The position numbers and the translations under genes were made by a program. Positions 18,880 through 24,000 of a DNA stretch of 24,000 nt are shown here, piece by piece. This DNA is from an uncultured Saprospiraceae bacterium (GTDB lineage: Bacteria; Bacteroidota; Bacteroidia; Chitinophagales; Saprospiraceae). Below the pieces are notes generated by a model, which saw nothing but the letters and a program-made list of their open reading frames with translations, had not been told where the DNA came from and ran no database searches. The stretch covers positions 11,895 through 35,894 of the forward strand of contig CALKXE010000021.1 in assembly GCA_938003955.1 (NCBI GenBank). Direction: 5' to 3'. Each line of letters opens with the position of its first letter. Within the stretch, counting starts at the first letter, position 1.

Positions 18880-19770
18880 ATGAATGTAGGAGTAATCATA
18901 GCAAGATTTCAGACACCTTATCTTCACGAAGGACATAAAGCGCTCATGAGCGAGGTCACTAATAATCACGATAAACTGATCATCGTCCTAGGAGTATGTC
19001 CAGTAAGAGGAAGTAGAAAAAATCCGTATGATTACTTCACTCGTGAAAAGATGATCAAGCGGGAGTACCCTGAGGTGATCGTACTTCCCCTAAGTGATCA
19101 TCCAAGTGATACACAATGGAGCGACAACTTAGATAATATTCTACTCACTGCAGGTCCCGCAGAGCATTTTGTATTATATGGCAGTAGAGATAGTTTCATT
19201 CCATATTATAGTGGTCGAAACAAGACGATAGAGTTACCAGAACATGGAGGCCATAATGCCACTGAACTTCGTAAAAAATATGCGGACAAGGTCTTCGATA
19301 GTCAAGACTTCCGAGCGGGTATACTATATGCATATCATAATCAATATCCAAAAGTATATCCCACTGTAGATATAGCAGTATTCCGAAATGAAGGCAAAGA
19401 AATACTTCTAGGAAAGAAGCCAAACAATATGAAATGGAGACTCATCGGCGGATATGTAGATCCTAGTGACGAGAAGCTAGAAGATGCCGCACTACGAGAA
19501 CTCGAAGAAGAAGCAGGACCAATCGTAGTCAAAAACATGAGCTATGTGATGAGCACCAAAGTAGACGACTGGAGGTATAGAAGTGAAGTAGATAAGATCA
19601 TAACTACAGTATTCCGATGTGAATATGTAAGTGGAGAGTTCCAAGCACAAGATGATATTTGTGAATTAGGCTGGCATAATGTGAAAGATTTGCCGGAAAT
19701 GATAAAAGGTGGTGAAATTACACCAGAGCATGTTGTTATTATTGATAACACTAAATTTGTTTGGCAATAA
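18880..19770 (+). CDS. nadM: Bifunctional NMN adenylyltransferase / Nudix ADP-ribose pyrophosphatase (NadM-Nudix type)
   Basis: 296 aa. N-terminal nucleotidyltransferase motif IARFQTPYLHEGH (H-x-G-H) and a second ATP motif NATELR. The C-terminal Nudix box GGYVDPSDEKLEDAALRELEEEAG has G-x6-E where the consensus is G-x5-E. Confidence 0.85.
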   Translation: MNVGVIIARFQTPYLHEGHKALMSEVTNNHDKLIIVLGVCPVRGSRKNPYDYFTREKMIKREYPEVIVLPLSDHPSDTQWSDNLDNILLTAGPAEHFVLYGSRDSFIPYYSGRNKTIELPEHGGHNATELRKKYADKVFDSQDFRAGILYAYHNQYPKVYPTVDIAVFRNEGKEILLGKKPNNMKWRLIGGYVDPSDEKLEDAALRELEEEAGPIVVKNMSYVMSTKVDDWRYRSEVDKIITTVFRCEYVSGEFQAQDDICELGWHNVKDLPEMIKGGEITPEHVVIIDNTKFVWQ

Positions 19771-19782
19771 AAAAGGAAGATT

Positions 19783-20772
19783 ATGTGGTTCAAAAAATTA
19801 ATGGGATTCGAGGATACAATATATAAAGATGTCCAAAGTAATATCAGAGTGAATGATAATAGGATAGAGTCTTTAGTAAATGGAAACTCTTATCAGTATG
19901 GGAAACTAGAGGTTTTATCATTGAGTGAATTGAAAGAAACATCGCCACCACGAGAGGTTTACAAGGACAAAATCCAAATAAACCAAATTATAGCTAATGT
20001 AACAGATCTCCACAATGATAAAAACAATGAAAATGCTATGTTTCAAGCAGCTTCTCAGTTTAATCTATTAGAAATGATTGGCCCTCATATTAGTCCCGAA
20101 AATGGAGTTGACCGTTACGAAAGAGATTATACTCAAGGTCCTGCATGTGCAATTGCGTGCGGCGCAGGTACGATTTATAGAAATTATTTTGCAAATGTAA
20201 ATGGTCAAATAGGGCAAACAATTCATAACCAAATTGATTGTTTGTCTGAAATTGGAAATCAAATAAAAAATAAAGAATTGAATTTATGGAATATGCGAAA
20301 TGGCTATGCATTGCCTAGCAAAGCCGGAATTTTACATATCAATAAAACTATCCTTAGCCTTTCAAAAGAAGATAGGGAAAGCCTAAAATCGAAATTAAAA
20401 GTTGGTATTCAATCAGATACACAAGTTACAAGTTCAATTAGTGGACATTTAGTAAATCAGGTTTATTGTTCCGCACTTCCAGTTTCGTATTCACAATTAG
20501 AACCTATCCTATTTGAAACATTTGCAAGATTGATTTTAGAAGCAACATATGAATCGACCTTTTATTCTGCATTAAGAAATATGGACAAAACAGGATGCAA
20601 TAAACTATACCTAACATTAGTGGGTGGTGGTGCATTCGGAAACTGGAAAGAGTGGATCCTTGAGTCGATCTTAATTGCAGTTGAGAAGTTCAAATCAACA
20701 CCGTTAGATGTAAAAATAGTTAGTTTTAGTAGTGTTGATGAAGGAATAAATAAAATGTTGAAAGCATACTAA
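19783..20772 (+). CDS. Conserved hypothetical protein in the NAD operon, possibly a distant macro/PARG-like ADP-ribose-binding fold
   Basis: 329 aa, with 12-bp and 13-bp gaps to nadM and nadV on the same strand. Blocks FQAASQFNLLEM, YTQGPACAIACGAGTIYRNYF and LTLVGGGAFGNW. The last resembles the G-x-G-[AV]-F-G-N diphosphate loop of TIGR02452/bacterial PARG-type macrodomains. No confident family call. Confidence 0.6.
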   Translation: MWFKKLMGFEDTIYKDVQSNIRVNDNRIESLVNGNSYQYGKLEVLSLSELKETSPPREVYKDKIQINQIIANVTDLHNDKNNENAMFQAASQFNLLEMIGPHISPENGVDRYERDYTQGPACAIACGAGTIYRNYFANVNGQIGQTIHNQIDCLSEIGNQIKNKELNLWNMRNGYALPSKAGILHINKTILSLSKEDRESLKSKLKVGIQSDTQVTSSISGHLVNQVYCSALPVSYSQLEPILFETFARLILEATYESTFYSALRNMDKTGCNKLYLTLVGGGAFGNWKEWILESILIAVEKFKSTPLDVKIVSFSSVDEGINKMLKAY

Positions 20773-20785
20773 AAACACAATTACC

Positions 20786-22201
20786 ATGAAAAACAACAAC
20801 CTAATACTCCTAGCAGACGCATATAAATACAGCCACCACAAATTATACTACCCTGGTACTACTAAAGTATATTCTTACCTAGAAAGCAGAGGTGGATATT
20901 TTGACACAACAGTATTTTATGGCTTACAGTACTTCCTCAAAGAATACTTAATAGGTCGAGCATTTACTCAAGAAGATCTTGATGAAGCCGAAAAATTCAT
21001 GCCTCAAGTGTTTGGAAGAGATGATGTATTCGACAAATCAAAATTCCAATATATCTTAGATAAGCATGATGGTTACCTGCCTGTAAGAATCAAGGCTGTC
21101 CCAGAAGGAACAGAGATACCCGTAAGTAACGTCCTAATGACCATAGAAAACACAGATCCAGAATGCTATTGGTTGACTAACTTCTTAGAGACTTTATTAA
21201 TGCAGGTTTGGTACCCGAGCACTGTAGCTACAATCAGTAAAGAAGTGAAAAAACTAGTTGTGAAGTACTATGACGAAACAGCCACTGAAGAATCTAAGGC
21301 AGGAATTGACTATGTGCTCAATGACTTCGGTTTCCGAGGTGTGAGTAGTGTCGAAAGTGCTAGCCTCGGCGGCAGTGCACATCTTACCAATTTCAACGGA
21401 AGTGATACGATCGCTGCATCTGTCTTAGCTCGAGACTATTATAATGCTGAGAAAATCTACGGAGTAAGTGTACCCGCAACCGAACATAGTATAGTCACTT
21501 TACTCGGCGAAGAAGGAGAGAAAGAAATATTCGAACATGTAATCGATACCTTCCCCTCCGGAATCATTGCTTGTGTTTCTGATAGCTATAATATATTTAG
21601 AGCTTGTAAAGAGTATTGGGGTGAAGAACTGAAAGAGAAAATACTAAGTCGTGACGGCGTACTAGTAATCCGCCCAGACAGCGGAGACCCAACGATGACA
21701 TTATTGGCGATCTTTGAAATCTTGTTTGACAAATTCGGATTCGAGACGAATGACAAGGGTTACAAAGTTCTTCCACCACAAATACGGGTACTACAAGGAG
21801 ATGGCGTTAATTATGAATCTATCCGAGACATATATGAAAAAATAAAAGCTGCCAAAATTAGTGCAGAGAATCTACTATTCGGGATGGGCGGAGCACTTCT
21901 ACAAAAACTAGATAGAGATACTCAGAAGTATGCGCTTAAATGTTCCTATGCCGAAATAAATGGAGAGCCTGTAATCGTACAGAAACGCCCAACAGAAATG
22001 GATGCAAATGGAAACATTACAGAATCATTCAAAAAATCAAAAGGTGGTAGATTAAAATTGATTAATATAGATGGTGAATATAAAACGGTAAAAGAAGAGG
22101 AAAACCCTGACTATAAGGATGAGCTAATCACCGTCTTTGAAAACGGGATGATTGTTAAAGAGTGGAGTTTTGAAGAAATAAGGGATAGGGCGAAGATTTG
22201 A
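20786..22201 (+). CDS. nadV: Nicotinamide phosphoribosyltransferase (NAMPT/NadV family)
   Basis: 471 aa. N-terminus NLILLADAYKYSHHKLYYPGTTKVYSYLESRGG matches the NAMPT start (ATDSYK.tHy.qYP...vYSY.e.R). Also the FGFRGVSS and GMGGALLQK blocks. Confidence 0.9.
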   Translation: MKNNNLILLADAYKYSHHKLYYPGTTKVYSYLESRGGYFDTTVFYGLQYFLKEYLIGRAFTQEDLDEAEKFMPQVFGRDDVFDKSKFQYILDKHDGYLPVRIKAVPEGTEIPVSNVLMTIENTDPECYWLTNFLETLLMQVWYPSTVATISKEVKKLVVKYYDETATEESKAGIDYVLNDFGFRGVSSVESASLGGSAHLTNFNGSDTIAASVLARDYYNAEKIYGVSVPATEHSIVTLLGEEGEKEIFEHVIDTFPSGIIACVSDSYNIFRACKEYWGEELKEKILSRDGVLVIRPDSGDPTMTLLAIFEILFDKFGFETNDKGYKVLPPQIRVLQGDGVNYESIRDIYEKIKAAKISAENLLFGMGGALLQKLDRDTQKYALKCSYAEINGEPVIVQKRPTEMDANGNITESFKKSKGGRLKLINIDGEYKTVKEEENPDYKDELITVFENGMIVKEWSFEEIRDRAKI

Positions 22202-22254
22202 TCTGAAGGTTTTTAGAAGTTATATATGTTTATTGCTTGTAGGAATTGCTAATT

Positions 22255-22403
22255 GGGATGCTTTCCACCCCCTAGCCCCCTCCAAAGGGGGATATGCGGG
22301 GCATGGCTCTGGCAATGCCAAAATCACAATACGGAATCACCTGCCCGAGCCACTCTAAATATCCCCCTTTGGAGGGGGCGAAGGGGGTGGACGTCAACAT
22401 CCC
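22255..22403. repeat. Repeat element R1: 149-bp unit with about 40-bp imperfect terminal inverted repeats, each containing a C5/G5 mini-hairpin
   Basis: The reverse complement of the right arm (22359-22390) is CCACCCCCTTCGCCCCCTCCAAAGGGGGATAT. The left arm (22265-22295) is CCACCCCCTAGCCCCCTCCAAAGGGGGATAT. Outer ends are GGGATG and CATCCC. Confidence 0.8.
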
Positions 22404-22409
22404 AAACAG

Positions 22410-22445
<36 letters not shown>

Positions 22446-22477
22446 CATACTTATATATTTAACGAAAATCTAAACCC

Positions 22478-22999
22478 ATGCTCCCACAGGCATCCAAAAG
22501 AAACAACTTTCACTACAACAAAAAGCTGAAACAATTTGCTAAACAAAACAAAAAGCAAATGCCGAAATCAGCTGTTTATATGTGGAAATTCATATTATCA
22601 AGTGGTCAGATGTTGGGATATAAATTCCGTAGAGAAAGACCAATTTTGAATTACATTGTTGACTTTGTTTGCCTAGAATTGATGTTAGTAATAGAAGTAG
22701 ATGGTATTAGCCATGAAACCGAGGAAGCATTTAGAAAAGATAGAAAACGAGATCAAAATTTGAAAGAAATTGGTTTTTCTGTTTTAAGATTTTCATCTTT
22801 GATTGTGATTAAAGACAGACCTTCGGTAAATGAGATTATTGCTGGATGGATTGAAGAAAATACAGATGGTCCTTCTATTGAGAGGGGAGGTAAACAAAAG
22901 AAGAAGGTTGTAAGTAAGATAGATAGTGGTCTTCCACCCCCGTTGCCCCCCCAAAGGGGGATTGAGCGCTTCATGGCTCTGGCAGATATAAGAATTTAG
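22478..22999 (+). CDS. DUF559 / Vsr-like (very-short-patch-repair endonuclease fold) protein; the 3' tail reads into repeat R2
   Basis: The core GYKFRRERPILNYIVDFVCLELMLVIEVDGISHETEEAFRKDRKRDQNLKEIGFSVLRF is the characteristic DUF559 pattern. The last ~25 codons (LPPPLPPQRGIERFMALADIRI) are translated repeat sequence, so the functional C-terminus is uncertain. Confidence 0.8.
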   Translation: MLPQASKRNNFHYNKKLKQFAKQNKKQMPKSAVYMWKFILSSGQMLGYKFRRERPILNYIVDFVCLELMLVIEVDGISHETEEAFRKDRKRDQNLKEIGFSVLRFSSLIVIKDRPSVNEIIAGWIEENTDGPSIERGGKQKKKVVSKIDSGLPPPLPPQRGIERFMALADIRI

Positions 23000-23054
23000 A
23001 AAAACATTAGCCCGATCCACCAAATAATATCCCCCTTCGGAGAGGGCAAAAGCG
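22931..23054. repeat. Repeat element R2: second, more decayed direct copy of R1
   Basis: Blocks shared in the same order as R1: TTCCACCCCC, GCCCCCnCCAAAGGGGGAT, CATGGCTCTGGCA, GCCCGAnCCAC, ATATCCCCCTTnGGAGnGGGC. A further R1-like tail (GCGTCAACAGCCAACTAGAAC versus ACGTCAACATCCCAAACAGAAC) lies at 23114-23134. Confidence 0.75.
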
Positions 23055-23176
23055 TTTAAGAATGAACGCTCACCACTATAGATTTACAGCAATGAGACAA
23101 TAAGAGGAAGTGAGCGTCAACAGCCAACTAGAACCAATCCGTCAACCTAAAAAGCACCAAACAAAAAACTTAACCT

Positions 23177-24000
23177 ATGAAAAAGATACTATTCCATACC
23201 AAAGCATACACCTACCTAGCTAACAAACTACTCGCAGAAGGGAAATATGAAGAAGGGCATATCGAACTATCCCACTTCGCAGATGGAGAAAGGTACCAAC
23301 GCATATTAACCAATGTAGAGGACCGAAAAGTCATCGTTCTTGGAGGAACAATTGATGATTCATCAACGCTAGAGTTATATGATCTTTGTAGTACGTTGGT
23401 GAAATTAGGTGCTAGTAGTTTGAGTATCGTAATTCCATATTTTGGATACTCGACCATGGAGCGAGCAGTGAAAGAGGGGGAAGTAGTAACTGCGAAAACA
23501 AGAGCTCGATTATTGTCTTCTATCCCACGGAGTACAAAGGGAAACAGAGTCTATCTATTTGATCTCCATACTGAGGGTCTTCCTCATTACTTTGAAGGTC
23601 ACCTGAGAGCGGTACACGTATATTGTAAGGATATCATCATGAAAGCAGTAAATGACTTTGGAGGAAGCGATTGTATTCTCGCGAGCACTGATGCTGGCCG
23701 GGCAAAATGGGTAGAATCACTAGCGAATGATCTCGGGTTACAAGCCGCATTTGCACTCAAGCGTCGCCTAAGTGGAACAGATACTGAAGTTACAGCCATC
23801 AATGCAGATGTGGAAAATAAGACCGTTATCATTTATGATGATATGATTAGGTCAGGAAGCAGTCTTATCAATGCAGCAAAGGCTTATAAAGAGGCTGGTG
23901 CCGGTAAGATATTTGTTATTACTACACACGGAATTTTCGTAAATGGCGCAGTTGAGAGACTTAAGAATTCTAGAGTAATCGAAAAGATCATTTGTACGGA
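23177..24000 (+). CDS. Ribose-phosphate diphosphokinase (Prs)-family protein, divergent NadV-associated type; 3' end outside the window
   Basis: Absent from the ORF track because it has no stop in the window. I translated [19 protein letters not shown]...[14 protein letters not shown]...[15 protein letters not shown]...KRRLSGTD...[21 protein letters not shown]...VITTHGIF. This shows the Prs PRTase fold with a D-D-M-I-x-[ST]-G-x-[ST] loop. Confidence 0.85.
   Translation, partial: MKKILFHTKAYTYLANKLLAEGKYEEGHIELSHFADGERYQRILTNVEDRKVIVLGGTIDDSSTLELYDLCSTLVKLGASSLSIVIPYFGYSTMERAVKEGEVVTAKTRARLLSSIPRSTKGNRVYLFDLHTEGLPHYFEGHLRAVHVYCKDIIMKAVNDFGGSDCILASTDAGRAKWVESLANDLGLQAAFALKRRLSGTDTEVTAINADVENKTVIIYDDMIRSGSSLINAAKAYKEAGAGKIFVITTHGIFVNGAVERLKNSRVIEKIICT

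Noticed and set aside
802-20311. Numerous short (60-102 aa) ORFs nested in or antisense to larger genes (e.g. 802-1068, 2195-2389, 4161-4415, 6169-6354, 9613-9864, 10251-10826, 14691-15302, 17620-18126, 18300-18506, 19196-19793, 20068-20311)
   Set aside because: All lie inside longer ORFs with clear family signatures. They have low-complexity or odd composition and no recognisable motifs, which is typical of shadow ORFs in AT-rich DNA.
22753-23023. Two minus-strand ORFs (73 and 76 aa) overlapping the DUF559 gene and R2
   Set aside because: They are antisense shadows of a recognisable DUF559 CDS and of repeat sequence (PLWGGNGGG is the reverse reading of the G5/C5 motif). No family resemblance.
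23212-23832. Minus-strand ORFs of 81 and 77 aa listed in the track
   Set aside because: They are antisense to a clearly recognisable Prs-family reading frame on the plus strand, which the track omitted because it has no stop in the window.

Overview
AT-rich chromosomal segment, probably from a Bacteroidota (Flavobacteriia/Cytophagia-like) genome. This assignment is inferred from SC-type lipoprotein signal peptides, TAnnTTTG -7 promoter boxes, A-rich leaders lacking Shine-Dalgarno sequences, and DUF2851/DUF4846-like genes. Order of content: (1) the end of a surface-polysaccharide cluster (FkbM methyltransferase fragment, GT4 glycosyltransferase, Wzx-like flippase, convergent wecB); (2) accessory envelope genes (DUF4846-like lipoprotein, GNAT, secreted alpha/beta hydrolase, large lipoprotein); (3) two tandem paralogous modules, each an ECF sigma factor coupled to a single-pass membrane protein with a long low-complexity linker and an 8-strand beta-barrel-like C-terminus; (4) housekeeping genes (PlsC-like acyltransferase, prfC, SPFH/prohibitin, DUF2851); (5) a compact NAD+ recycling locus of NMNAT-Nudix fusion (nadM type), an unannotatable 329-aa protein, nicotinamide phosphoribosyltransferase (nadV) and a divergent Prs-like kinase that runs off the window. 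The NAD locus is split between nadV and the Prs-like gene by a DUF559 (Vsr-like endonuclease) cassette. That cassette is bracketed by two copies of a G5/C5-hairpin repeat and carries a perfect (AAC)12 microsatellite. The most interesting items are the 329-aa gene inside the NAD operon (weak macro/PARG-like motifs), the non-canonical Prs-like enzyme, the DUF559 repeat cassette and the double-membrane-topology sigma partners. No rRNA, tRNA, CRISPR array, transposase or integrase was seen. All family assignments rest on motif recognition by eye; no searches were run.
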